24,000 nt of DNA from Lactobacillales bacterium. Its GTDB lineage: Bacteria; Bacillota; Bacilli; Lactobacillales; Streptococcaceae. Shown piece after piece: positions 1 to 8,689 of the stretch. The notes under the pieces are model-generated. The model was not told the origin of the DNA. It ran no database searches and worked only from the letters and a program-made list of their open reading frames with translations. A program made the translations under genes and the position numbers. The stretch is taken from the NCBI GenBank assembly GCA_031261705.1, contig JAISJD010000044.1, forward strand, positions 1 to 24,000, read 5' to 3'. Position 1 is the first letter of the stretch. Each line of letters begins with the position of its first letter.

Positions 1-20
1 CGGCTAAAGTAAGGACGGTC

Positions 21-137
21 TTATTTTTTTGTCTTCTGTTTTTCAGCTAACTTTGTCATGAGTTCAACCAGATGAAGAATAAGTTCTCCAAAGTTGAACA
101 TCAGGCAAAGTAACTCTATAACTTCTAACAAAGTCAT
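21..137 (-). CDS. 38-aa hydrophobic peptide resembling Firmicutes putative holin-like toxin (Hol-Tox) small proteins
   Basis: Below the ORF-track cutoff. Minus-strand ATG at 137, TAA at 21-23: MTLLEVIELLCLMFNFGELILHLVELMTKLAEKQKTKK. GGAAAG lies about 11 nt upstream. An acidic N-terminus, L-M-x-x-F-G-x-L-I-L core and Lys-rich tail fit the family pattern, but E18/H22/E25 interrupt the hydrophobic core. Confidence 0.35.
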   Translation of the reverse strand: MTLLEVIELLCLMFNFGELILHLVELMTKLAEKQKTKK

Positions 138-391
138 AAGTCGCCATTCTTTCCTTAAAAGCTACAATTTCCAACAACTTCTCAGCCGTGAAAATTGCGC
201 ACCAATCATGTTTTAAAACAATCATAAGCACCACACCCTTAAATAATTCTGGCTACCGTCTATTCACTTATGTACCCTACAACCCTATTTTAGAACAATT
301 GTTCTTAATTTCAAGCACATTTCTTCTTGTTTGTTGAAATTTTCACTTTCGTTAACGTTAGCGAAAATTGTTATTTACCTCCTCTATATTT

Positions 392-678
392 TTATCCCTT
401 AGTTTTCATTCTCTTAGGAAAAGACGTCAAAACAGCCAAAAGAAGAAGCGCAAAAATTGGCACAAAACTCCGCAAAAGCACCTACCGATTGCTAAAATAA
501 ATCAGGGCAATCATTGCGATATAAAATAACGAAGAAAGGATAATCAGTAGAACTATTCTCGAGTGATAAGCATTAATTTGGTTTGCCGCATTCCAATGAC
601 TTGGGATTTTTTTACGCCAATTACTGTAGGTCACCGCATTCAATAATAGTGAAAAAACGCAATCGTTCCCGCAAGCAT
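392..678 (-). pseudogene. degraded DUF1648-like membrane protein gene (one frameshift plus one in-frame TAG)
   Basis: The minus strand reads MLAGTIAFFHYY(stop). After a frame shift it reads LLNAVTYSNWRKKIPSHWNAANQINAYHSRIVLLIILSSLFYIAMIALIYFSNR, then TAG, then in the same frame VLLRSFVPIFALLLLAVLTSFPKRMKTKG(stop). A TM segment followed by IPxHWN...Y is the DUF1648 signature found N-terminal in SdpI-type proteins. Confidence 0.35.
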
Positions 679-698
679 TTTTTTCTCTGTACTTAGCT

Positions 699-1067
699 TC
701 ACTTCAGTTTTTTTACTGATTTTTCTTGATTTTCCGAAGAAATTTCAGCCGAAAATCGCTCTTTTAAATAACTATTTGCGAAAAGAAATAAAATGATTAG
801 TAATAAAGCTGCAACTAAAATCTCAAGCATGGTGACACTTGCCCCACGGTACCCAATCGAGTCAAGTAGCCAGTAGATAATGGATAATAAGCCGAAAACA
901 ACAAACAGCCAAATCGCAAATAGCACTTGTGAGTAATTCCAAATCTTTTGATTCGTATAGGCGACCTTCAAACGAAAGCCGAGTATCCCGTTTGGTGAAT
1001 TGTATGAAAAGGGCAACATGATCCAACCGAGCAACGCCAATGTCACTGCAAACCAAAATCCCATCAT
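699..1067 (-). CDS. SdpI-family small integral membrane protein
   Basis: 122-aa ORF with four hydrophobic segments and an NGILGFRLKVAYTNQKIW motif (SdpI-like N..GxR......W). GAGGAGG sits just upstream of tandem ATGs, so the second ATG at 1064 is an alternative start. Confidence 0.6.
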   Translation of the reverse strand: MMGFWFAVTLALLGWIMLPFSYNSPNGILGFRLKVAYTNQKIWNYSQVLFAIWLFVVFGLLSIIYWLLDSIGYRGASVTMLEILVAALLLIILFLFANSYLKERFSAEISSENQEKSVKKLK

Positions 1068-1565
1068 TCCTCCTCATTCCTTTCTTGCGAAGTTTAGAGA
1101 AATTGAACACTACTTTCTCCTCGTCCGACTTTGTTCCAGAACCAAGCTATCGACTTTAGTATACGCTGATTCTTGGACAAAAATGAGAAAGAGAAAGAAA
1201 TTTTATCTATCTTCACCAAAGACTTATTTCTTTCTCATGCTTATTTCAGATAGGGTAGTTTATTCATTCAAATATTTCCGTAAATTCGTTTGCTTTATTC
1301 CGTTAATCCCCCTAGCATCATCAAAACTAACAAAAAGAGAACTAGAATAGTGAATTTTTGTAATTTGCATTATACACTTCTGAAATGGTATAGTTCTTCG
1401 TGCTATCGCTATCATTCTTATCTTTCACAGCTAAATCTTTTTTTCCCAACCACCCTTTAAAGTCCTCATGATTTTCTTTCCTCAAAATCAAGACATCTGG
1501 AACCAAAATTTCATCGCTTTGGTCTAGCGGAAAGTTTTGTTTTCATTTATTAGAAATTTACCATT

Positions 1566-1593
1566 AAAAAAAGCCAGAGCCAAAGCTCCAGCT
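1566..1593 (-). terminator. rho-independent terminator downstream of the fused ABC gene
   Basis: Minus strand AGCTGGAGC-TTTG-GCTCTGGCT followed by a T-run. The 9-bp stem includes two G-U pairs that form only in the minus-strand transcript. It lies 23 nt after the stop at 1616. Confidence 0.6.
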
Positions 1594-1615
1594 TAATGCA
1601 CAATAAACATCAAAA

Positions 1616-3988
1616 TTATTCAGACCGTAATGCTTCTACAGGGTCTTTTTTCGCCGCCATGCGTGCGGGAATCATGCCACCAATCAGTGTTAAAATAACA
1701 CTGATAGTGACTAGAAGAAGGGCGTGAATTGGGTTTAATTGCGCCACATTGCTTAGTCCCGTCGCATTCTTGATGAGAATATTAGCAGGAATAGTTAGAA
1801 GATAGGCAATCGCAATCCCTAAAAGTCCTGAAAAAGCACCAATAATAAAGGTTTCTGCATTAAAGACACGAGTAATATCTTTCTTACGAGCCCCAAGCGC
1901 ACGGAGAATCCCAATTTCTTTTGTCCGTTCGAGCACTGAAATATAGGTGATAATACCCACCATAATGAGTGAAACCACGAGTGAGATAGAGGCGAACGCC
2001 ACAAGTACCAAGGTAATCGCATCCATAATACCGCCTGTCATGTCGGTGATAGTTTTCGCTAAGTCCGTATAAATGACCTTATCTTCTATTGCCTTTCCTT
2101 TGTTGTAGGCGTCCAGATAGTTGACCACTCTTTCCTTGGCTTCAAAATTCTTTGGATAGACGTAAATCATCATTGGCGTGCTGTCTCCACCAAGGTAAGT
2201 CAAGGTTTGTTGCTTAGTTGCCACATCCATTTTTTCTAACGTCATGACATTGAAGTCTGAATTTTTTTGCGCAGTCACGATAGCAGAATCCTGTTCTCGT
2301 GCCAAAATATCCTCTACTAGCTGGTCACTATACGCAATCCCAACTCCTAAAATGCCCACCTGCACGTCCTCTTTTTGACGAACAATCGCCACCACCTTTA
2401 ATGTCGTGTCATTTTCATCCTCATAGAGCGCATTCAAGTCGTTATTCGGGAGGAAGTTTCCAGTAGGTAGCTCTGCATAAAAAGAATCATTTGGAACAAG
2501 TTTCATTTCCATGCCAAGCACCTGTTCAAAACTCATTTCCCCCGTCTTGCCAGAGAAACCTAAATTTTCCATCGTTGTTTTATCGACTTGATTTTTTTCA
2601 TCGACCACTAGCACGACCTCGTTCGCATTTTCTGGGTAACGACCGTCTAGCACGTCATAATTTTTTTGAAGATAGTTTCCTTTTTCACCCTTTAACATCG
2701 CCGGGTAGCTCGACAAGCTCATGCCACTCATACTAGAAATTTGCGAAGTGTTATTATCCATGCCGACAAGCCCCGTAGCCACCTTAACTATCTGCACGTT
2801 TCCGTCCACCTTACGAAGCAGATTCATGCCGACAATCCGTGTAAAACCAACACTACTGGCATCTTCTGGATTGACCTTTTCAACATAATTCACATAATCC
2901 GTCGTCAATTTATTTTGGTGAAGTACGTTATTATTCGTCGGGTCATAGACGTTGATGACCTTTTTCTTGGTAAATTTCTGAGTCCCACTAGACATTCGCT
3001 CCTGCATGACCTTCGCCGCCTCTGCATTATTCGTCATCGCTTGTGGGGCAACGATAATCGGAAATTCTGACAGCGCATCCGTCTGAAAATTATCAATCTG
3101 CTTTTGAAAACCATTGGATAGGCTCAAAATCAAGGCAATCCCGATAATTCCAATACTTGCCGCAAAAGCTGTCAAGGCAGTCCGCCACTTCTTCGTCGCA
3201 ATATTCCGCCCTGAAAGATTCAAGGCGGTAAAAATACTCATGGAAGTTTTTTTCAAGGAATAATCCGAACTTGTCCTGACTTCCTCATCTGGATTGCTGT
3301 CATGTATGATTTTCCCGTCCAAAAAATTGACAATCCGATCCGCATAGCTTTCCGCAAGCTCAGGGTTATGTGTCACCATGATAACGAGCTTATCCTTAGC
3401 GATTTCTTTGATTAAATCCATAATCTGCTCACTGGTTTTTGTATCAAGCGCACCAGTCGGTTCATCGGCTAGAATAATATCAGGGTCATTGGCTAACGCC
3501 CGAGCAATCGCCACCCGCTGCATTTGCCCACCTGAAAGCTGATTTGGACGCTTATGTACATGTTCCTCTAAGCCCACACGTTTCAAGGCATCCATCGCTT
3601 TTTCCTTTTTCACGGAGGAGGAAACACCGCTTAACGTCATTCCCATTTCCACATTTTCTAAAATGCTTAAATGACTAATCAGATTATAGCTCTGGAAAAT
3701 AAAGCCGACACTGTTATTCCGATATGCGTCCCAGTCCTTATCCTTGAAATTTTTCGTTGATTTTCCGTTTATCAATAAATCCCCAGAATCGTAGGTATCT
3801 AATCCGCCAACAATGTTTAACAAAGTCGTCTTTCCTGAACCACTTGGCCCCAAAATCGCCACAAATTCACTTTCTCTAAAATTGATACTGACATCATTTA
3901 AGGCAATTTGTGTAAATGTGTTCGTGGTATAGCTTTTTTTGATATTCTTTAGTTGAAGCATACGTCTCACTACTTTCTTTCGACTCAT
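1616..3988 (-). CDS. fused ABC transporter ATP-binding protein / FtsX(MacB)-type permease
   Basis: 790-aa ORF. The N-terminus has Walker [10 protein letters not shown], signature [15 protein letters not shown] and Walker [16 protein letters not shown] helix, a large extracytoplasmic region and C-terminal FtsX-like helices follow. The start may be the ATG at 3961 ([11 protein letters not shown]), since neither ATG has a strong RBS. Confidence 0.9.
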   Translation of the reverse strand: MSRKKVVRRMLQLKNIKKSYTTNTFTQIALNDVSINFRESEFVAILGPSGSGKTTLLNIVGGLDTYDSGDLLINGKSTKNFKDKDWDAYRNNSVGFIFQSYNLISHLSILENVEMGMTLSGVSSSVKKEKAMDALKRVGLEEHVHKRPNQLSGGQMQRVAIARALANDPDIILADEPTGALDTKTSEQIMDLIKEIAKDKLVIMVTHNPELAESYADRIVNFLDGKIIHDSNPDEEVRTSSDYSLKKTSMSIFTALNLSGRNIATKKWRTALTAFAASIGIIGIALILSLSNGFQKQIDNFQTDALSEFPIIVAPQAMTNNAEAAKVMQERMSSGTQKFTKKKVINVYDPTNNNVLHQNKLTTDYVNYVEKVNPEDASSVGFTRIVGMNLLRKVDGNVQIVKVATGLVGMDNNTSQISSMSGMSLSSYPAMLKGEKGNYLQKNYDVLDGRYPENANEVVLVVDEKNQVDKTTMENLGFSGKTGEMSFEQVLGMEMKLVPNDSFYAELPTGNFLPNNDLNALYEDENDTTLKVVAIVRQKEDVQVGILGVGIAYSDQLVEDILAREQDSAIVTAQKNSDFNVMTLEKMDVATKQQTLTYLGGDSTPMMIYVYPKNFEAKERVVNYLDAYNKGKAIEDKVIYTDLAKTITDMTGGIMDAITLVLVAFASISLVVSLIMVGIITYISVLERTKEIGILRALGARKKDITRVFNAETFIIGAFSGLLGIAIAYLLTIPANILIKNATGLSNVAQLNPIHALLLVTISVILTLIGGMIPARMAAKKDPVEALRSE

Positions 3989-4039
3989 TCATAGAAGTTC
4001 GGGTAATATTACAAATATGTGATTTTTACTATTCTACGC

Positions 4040-4068
4040 TTGTCGTTTCTTTTATAATAGCTTAGAAT
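4040..4068 (+). promoter_or_regulatory. candidate sigma-A promoter of the TetR gene
   Basis: TTGTCG (4040-4045), 17-nt spacer, TAGAAT (4063-4068), about 60 nt upstream of the ATG at 4131. It is bracketed by the inverted repeat ATTCTACGCT / AGCTTAGAAT. Confidence 0.4.
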
Positions 4069-4130
4069 AATAGACAATTCAACCAACTACTCCTTTGAGA
4101 AAACTTCTAATTTATTCTTATAACGGAGTG

Positions 4131-4763
4131 ATGAATTTTCAAAAGAATCCCCTGTTTTTATAAAAAAGAAAGAAGGTTTTAACGACGGCAGACCCTAGAT
4201 TTTCTAAAACTGAAAAAAGAATTCATAAAAGCTTTTTCGAGTTACTAAAGACAAAAACATTTCAAGAAATCACGGTAATCGAAATTACCAGTCAAGCCAA
4301 TGTGCATCGTAGCACGTTTTATGCGCACTATCTTGACAAATATGATCTCCTAAAAAAGATGACTAAGCAGGTAGCCAAAACGCATTTGATAAACTACTTG
4401 GACAGGGAGGAACAGTTAAGAGAGCAGGAGAGCTTTGCGTGGAGCTTACTCGTTGCTATGCGGAAATTATCCGATGAATGGACGCAAAAACAACGGCTGT
4501 ATCGAATCAAAGAAAAAGAAGAGGTCGTGGAACGCTATGCCCAGCAGGCACTCGCAGAAATTATTGAAGAACGCATACATGAAATGCCGAATCTTCAAAA
4601 CTCGAGCTTCTCGCACTATATCCCGCTCGCCCTCAGTTCCACGATATTTGCATTGGCACAGGAATCTTCAAAACTTGGCGAAAATCTCGAGGATATTCGC
4701 GGCTATTTTGAGCAGATGTCCGCCACCTTTAGCACTCAAGAAAAAGAAAAAGAACACGCCTAA
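4131..4763 (+). pseudogene. TetR/AcrR-family regulator (DhaS-like) interrupted by an in-frame TAA at codon 11
   Basis: GGAG then ATG at 4131 gives MNFQKNPLFL, TAA at 4161-4163, then in the same frame KRKKVLTTADPRFSKTEKRIHKSFFELLKTKTFQEITVIEITSQANVHRSTFYAHYLDKYDLL (the TetR HTH). This continues into the track ORF 4302-4763. No ATG/GTG/TTG lies between the stop and the HTH, and the first Met after it (4302) is inside the HTH. Confidence 0.7.
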
Positions 4764-4764
4764 A

Positions 4765-4800
4765 AATGCTGAGACAGTCCACCTAGATTGTCCCAGCATT
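4765..4800. terminator. bidirectional terminator between the convergent TetR and ABC ATPase genes
   Basis: AATGCTGAGACA (4765-4776) pairs with TGTCCCAGCATT (4789-4800). The 12-bp stem has one mismatch and is flanked by A-run and T-run on the two sides. Confidence 0.6.
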
Positions 4801-4806
4801 TTCTTT

Positions 4807-5610
4807 TTATCCTAATAAAAGCTTATCATCCGTCAGCGTTTCGCCGCTATTTTTATGGAAAAGCTCGAGTAAATCTGCCACCTTCAAGCGAGATTTTTCC
4901 TCACCCGACACATCCACCGCAATTTTCCCCTGATGAAGCATGATTAAGCGATTGCCATAACGAAGGGCATCCTCCATATCGTGCGTCACCATGAACGCCG
5001 TCAGCTTGTGCTCGCCAATTAATTTTTCCGTCAAATTCATCACCACGGCACTCGTTTTCGGGTCAAGAGCGGCGGTATGCTCATCTAAAAGAATCAACTG
5101 CGGCTTGATAATCGTTGCCATGAGAAGCGTGATTGCTTGGCGTTGCCCGCCTGAAAGTAGGCCAATTTCCGCCCCCAAGCGTTCCTCTAAGCCTAAGCCC
5201 AATGTTGCCAGCTGTTCCTTGAAAAATTGACGGTCACGTTTTTTCACCCCACTGGAAAGTCCACGAGATTGTCCACGTTTTAGCGCCAGAGCGAGATTTT
5301 CCTCTACTGTCAGCCGCACCGCCGTTCCCATTTTTGGATCTTGAAACACTCGACTGATATGTTTAGAGCGTTTTTCTACCTTTTGATTGGTAATATCTTC
5401 TTGATTGAGGAAAATTTTCCCTTCTTTTATCGGCAAGGTTCCAGCGATACTATTTAATAGGGTCGATTTTCCTGCTCCATTGCCTCCGATAATTGTCACA
5501 AAATCTTGCTCTTTCAGTTTTAAATCAATACCACGCAAGACGTGATTTTCATTAACCGTGCCTTTGCCAAAATATTGATGAAGCTGCTCAATTTTTAGAA
5601 TAGTATTCAT
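4807..5610 (-). CDS. ABC transporter ATP-binding protein (importer of the ABC_sub_bind / putative aromatic amino acid type)
   Basis: Walker A GGNGAGKST, signature LSGGQRQAITL, Walker B LILLDEHTAALD. GGAGGG RBS. ATGA overlap with the upstream permease gene. Confidence 0.9.
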   Translation of the reverse strand: MNTILKIEQLHQYFGKGTVNENHVLRGIDLKLKEQDFVTIIGGNGAGKSTLLNSIAGTLPIKEGKIFLNQEDITNQKVEKRSKHISRVFQDPKMGTAVRLTVEENLALALKRGQSRGLSSGVKKRDRQFFKEQLATLGLGLEERLGAEIGLLSGGQRQAITLLMATIIKPQLILLDEHTAALDPKTSAVVMNLTEKLIGEHKLTAFMVTHDMEDALRYGNRLIMLHQGKIAVDVSGEEKSRLKVADLLELFHKNSGETLTDDKLLLG

Positions 5611-6512
5611 GCTTTTTTCCCTCCTAACTTTTCTTTAAGGAGTGGGGTCGTCAAGCAAAGAATCAGTATCAATGCGGAAAATAGCTTGACGTCCTGTGCT
5701 TGAATTGGAAATTCCAAAATCACTGCCAGTAAGAAACGGTAAATCACGGCACCGAGTGCGACAGTTATCAGCCGAATCATGAGCGATTTATTGGGGAAAA
5801 GCACCTCTGCAATAATCACGGAAGCCAGTCCGACAACAATCGTCCCAACCCCAGAGTTTAAATCTGAGAACCCTAAATTTTGCGCAACCAAGGCACCCGC
5901 TAAGGCGATACAGCCATTGGATAACATGTATCCTAAAATTTTCATGACGTTTGTATTCACACCGTTTGCCTCACTCATTTCTTGATTATCCCCTGTCGCA
6001 CGCATGGCTAACCCGATTTCCGTCTTGAAAAAAACCACGAGGAGTGCCGTCACGACAAGTAAAAATAACAATCCTGCGACCATGACTGCATAGGTTTTTT
6101 CTAGCCCCAGCCCTTTGAAAAAGTCGAAAAACAGCTTTTCACCAAGGAGCGTGACCTGTGGCGAATTATTCATCACACGGGAGGTAATCGAGTACAGTCC
6201 CGTCATCGTGATAATCCCCGCTAATAAGGCTGGAATTTTCAGTTTTGTGTGCAAAAAACCGGTGAACAAGCCAGCTCCCGCCCCACCTAGAAAGGCAACA
6301 ATCGTCGCAAGTACAGGGTGCGACCCGCTCACAATCAGAACTGCTGCAATCGCTCCACCAAACGGAAAGGTGCCCTCACAAGTCATGTCGGGAATGTCCA
6401 AAATCCGAAAGGTGATATACACGCCAATCGCTAACAGCGCCCAGAGAATCCCCTGAGAGACCGAGGAGAGAAAAATATTTGGAAGAGAGAGTAGTAAATG
6501 ATAAAAATCCAT
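5607..6512 (-). CDS. ABC transporter permease
   Basis: 301-aa polytopic hydrophobic ORF, translationally coupled to the ATPase gene and sitting between the binding-protein and ATPase genes. Confidence 0.85.
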   Translation of the reverse strand: MDFYHLLLSLPNIFLSSVSQGILWALLAIGVYITFRILDIPDMTCEGTFPFGGAIAAVLIVSGSHPVLATIVAFLGGAGAGLFTGFLHTKLKIPALLAGIITMTGLYSITSRVMNNSPQVTLLGEKLFFDFFKGLGLEKTYAVMVAGLLFLLVVTALLVVFFKTEIGLAMRATGDNQEMSEANGVNTNVMKILGYMLSNGCIALAGALVAQNLGFSDLNSGVGTIVVGLASVIIAEVLFPNKSLMIRLITVALGAVIYRFLLAVILEFPIQAQDVKLFSALILILCLTTPLLKEKLGGKKA

Positions 6513-6539
6513 ATGATTTCCAACTTTCTATAATAACAC

Positions 6540-7508
6540 CTATTTTGGTGCTTGAATGCTTGTAGGGTCAATGCCGATTGCTTTTGCCATTTCCTCATTG
6601 ACGACTAATTTTAGCTCTTTTGCGGATTCAATCGGTAAATCTTGCGGTTTTTCGCCCTTTAAGACTTTTGCCGCCATGATGCCCGTTTGCTTACCTAAAG
6701 AAGTGTAGTCAATCCCAAAGGTCGCCAACGCCCCATTTTCCACCTGCTCCGTTGAACCGGTCACGACAACTGTTTTCTGTTCCTTTGCCACTTCTCCAAC
6801 AATCGGTGCCGCAGTCGCAAAGGTATTATCCGTTGGAATGTAAATCGCATCCGTATTTTTCGCTAGAGAGGTGATGACCGCTTGCACATCATTCGTTGAA
6901 TTCGCCGTCAAGACTTTCGCTGAAATCCCCGCTTTTTTCAAGGCTTTAATCGCTAAATCGGCTTGAATTTTCGAGTTGCTTTCGCCCGCATTATAGGCAA
7001 TCCCCACCGTTTTCGCCTTGGGTACAATGCTGATAAGTAAGTCAATTTGCTTCTCAATCGGCACCATATCGGTCGTTCCCGTCACATTTCCACCCGGCTT
7101 TTCTTCTGATTTCACCAATTTTGCTGCCACAGGATCCGTCACTGCTGTGATTAACAACGGAATATCGGTCGTTTCATTTAACAGCGCCGTTGCAGCTGGG
7201 GTCGCAATCCCAAGAAGTAAATCTGGCTTATCCTTCACCAATTTCTCACTCATAGATTTCAGATTATCCTGTGCGCCAGTCCCATATTGATAGTTGACCT
7301 TCAGATTTTTCCCCTCGGCAAAGCCTTCTTCTTTCAAGCCCTCAAGGAATCCCTTGTATGCTGAATCGAGTGAATCATGCTTCATCATCTGTAACACACC
7401 GACCGTTTTTTCTTTCGTATCTGACGTTTCTTTTTCACTATCTCCACAGGCAGTCAGCAACCCAATAGAAAGTAAGGCTAAACCTGCAACCAACATTCTT
7501 TTCTTCAT
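6540..7508 (-). CDS. ABC transporter substrate-binding lipoprotein (ABC_sub_bind family)
   Basis: Signal peptide with lipobox LLTAC. GGAGGA lies 7 nt before the ATG at 7508, and the track TTG at 7514 is probably spurious. Periplasmic-binding-fold-like sequence in first position of the operon. Confidence 0.85.
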   Translation of the reverse strand: MKKRMLVAGLALLSIGLLTACGDSEKETSDTKEKTVGVLQMMKHDSLDSAYKGFLEGLKEEGFAEGKNLKVNYQYGTGAQDNLKSMSEKLVKDKPDLLLGIATPAATALLNETTDIPLLITAVTDPVAAKLVKSEEKPGGNVTGTTDMVPIEKQIDLLISIVPKAKTVGIAYNAGESNSKIQADLAIKALKKAGISAKVLTANSTNDVQAVITSLAKNTDAIYIPTDNTFATAAPIVGEVAKEQKTVVVTGSTEQVENGALATFGIDYTSLGKQTGIMAAKVLKGEKPQDLPIESAKELKLVVNEEMAKAIGIDPTSIQAPK

Positions 7509-7562
7509 GAACAATTCCTCCCTTTATCTACTCTTCATTAGAAATTAATTAAAATTTATTCC

Positions 7563-7591
7563 ATTATACTTTGATTTCTTGGTTAGTTCAA
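7563..7591 (-). promoter_or_regulatory. sigma-A promoter of the ABC importer operon
   Basis: Minus strand TTGAAC (7591-7586), 17-nt spacer, TATAAT (7568-7563), about 55 nt upstream of the start at 7508. Confidence 0.55.
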
Positions 7592-7696
7592 TGATATTTA
7601 ACAGAATTTACTAAAAATTCTGAATTTATTTTTAAAAAAGAAACTCGTTATTTTTCCAAAAGTAGAAATCTTGGAAAACACGAATTTCTTATCTTT

Positions 7697-8659
7697 TTAT
7701 TTTTCTTCTAAAGGCGCCATTCGAGTGGTCATGTAATTTTTTAACCATTCTTCACTTGCTTTTTCGTGAACGCAGTGTCCGTCCACTCGATTGGTCAGAT
7801 AAACGGTTGGTGCTTGCGTGCTTGTTGCGACCACAAAAGAGAAATTCTCAATGTTGGTTGCACAGCCCCATTCCCCTTGAGCATTCATCGCCACCACCGA
7901 TAAATCACCCGCACTGCCTTTACGTTTAAGCAACTGTTTTTCTAAGTGATTGACCGCAGTTTCACAAGCTGCTTGCGGACTCAAGCCGGTATTCATCAAG
8001 TGAACAATTTCATAGGAGATACAACCCTTCATCAAGTCCTCTCCAAGACCCGTTGCCGTGGCTGCCCCCACTTCACTATCCGCATAAAAGCCAGAGCCTG
8101 CAATCGGAGAATCCCCGACACGACCCGCTTTCTTCATAAATAAACCACTTGTCGAAGTCGCTGAAACCATGCTTCCTTGGGTATCTATCCCCACCATGCC
8201 CACTGTGTCATGACCACGATAAGGTTTCATTTCTAGTTGTTCCTCTTCCATTTCCTTCAAGCGATTCTTATAATGAATCTTTGCTCGGTCGGTCAGCATA
8301 TTTTTTCGTTCAAAGCCTTGCTTATGCGCATACTTTTCAGCACCAGCACCGACTAGAATATTGTTCAGCATTTCACCACTTAATTTTTTGGCAATAGAAA
8401 CTGGATTGGCAAAATCATGAATGCCTGCCACTGCTCCAATATCTAAGGTATCTCCGTCCATATATCCAGCATCTAGCTCCACCTGCATTTCTTCATTCGG
8501 CAGACCTCCGTAGCCAACAGATTTATAAAATGGAAAATCCTCTACCGCGCAGATTGCTTTCTCCACTGCTTGCCCAATTTCTCCATTTTCTTGCAATAAT
8601 TGGCTTGCCAGAGTGACTCCTTCTAGTGCCATTGTCCATGTAGCAATCATTCCCCACAT
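7697..8659 (-). CDS. N4-(beta-N-acetylglucosaminyl)-L-asparaginase-like Ntn hydrolase (glycosylasparaginase / Asparaginase_2 family), cytosolic
   Basis: GHDTVGMVGID autoprocessing/nucleophile motif, GRVGDSPIAGSGFYAD and AATATGLGEDLM blocks, closely resembling human AGA as I recall it. GAGGTG lies 6 nt before the ATG at 8659, and the track TTG at 8683 is less likely. No signal peptide. Confidence 0.85.
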   Translation of the reverse strand: MWGMIATWTMALEGVTLASQLLQENGEIGQAVEKAICAVEDFPFYKSVGYGGLPNEEMQVELDAGYMDGDTLDIGAVAGIHDFANPVSIAKKLSGEMLNNILVGAGAEKYAHKQGFERKNMLTDRAKIHYKNRLKEMEEEQLEMKPYRGHDTVGMVGIDTQGSMVSATSTSGLFMKKAGRVGDSPIAGSGFYADSEVGAATATGLGEDLMKGCISYEIVHLMNTGLSPQAACETAVNHLEKQLLKRKGSAGDLSVVAMNAQGEWGCATNIENFSFVVATSTQAPTVYLTNRVDGHCVHEKASEEWLKNYMTTRMAPLEEK

Positions 8660-8689
8660 GCCTTTCACCTCGCTTCTTTCCAATTTCTA

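Noticed and set aside
292-305. A perfect 14-bp palindrome AGAACAATTGTTCT in the non-coding stretch upstream of the small Hol-Tox-like ORF.
   Set aside because: It is isolated and AT-rich, lies about 155 nt from the nearest start, and has no second copy or associated regulator in the window. That is insufficient to call an operator.
1342-1545. A minus-strand open frame without a start (KQNFPLDQSDEILVPDVLILRKENHEDFKGWLGKKDLAVKDKNDSDSTKNYTISEVYNANYKNSLF). An ATG (ATGAAAAC) sits one frame off, suggesting a homopolymer frameshift.
   Set aside because: It has no RBS, no recognisable family and low-complexity composition, and it sits right after a terminator. It is most likely a gene remnant or chance ORF and is not reportable as a feature.
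862-7548. Many track ORFs overlapping or lying antisense to long genes: 862-1110, 1000-1350, 1819-2022, 2491-2736, 2741-3070, 4435-4815, 4991-5230, 5779-5985, 6115-6456, 7018-7290, 7294-7548. Analogous ones occur further right, such as 7946-8397, 9387-10640, 11140-11932, 12706-12957, 14590-15048, 15617-16223, 16641-16938, 17945-18142, 18399-18764, 19420-19620, 20368-20750, 20904-21343, 22634-22816 and 23150-23377.
   Set aside because: They are shadow ORFs on the opposite strand or in alternative frames of well-supported genes. They have low-complexity or odd composition, no RBS and no recognisable motifs.
7515-7562. Looked for a T-box or riboswitch leader upstream of the ABC_sub_bind-type importer, since related transporters are sometimes T-box controlled.
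   Set aside because: The predicted promoter leaves only a leader of about 50 nt with no conserved T-box or terminator-antiterminator elements.
7620-7696. A weak AT-rich hairpin (TTTTCCAA-N11-TTGGAAAA) after the glycosylasparaginase stop, considered as the operon terminator.
   Set aside because: The stem is entirely A/T plus two G-C pairs, the loop is long, and no clean T-tract follows immediately. It is plausible but too weak to list as a feature.
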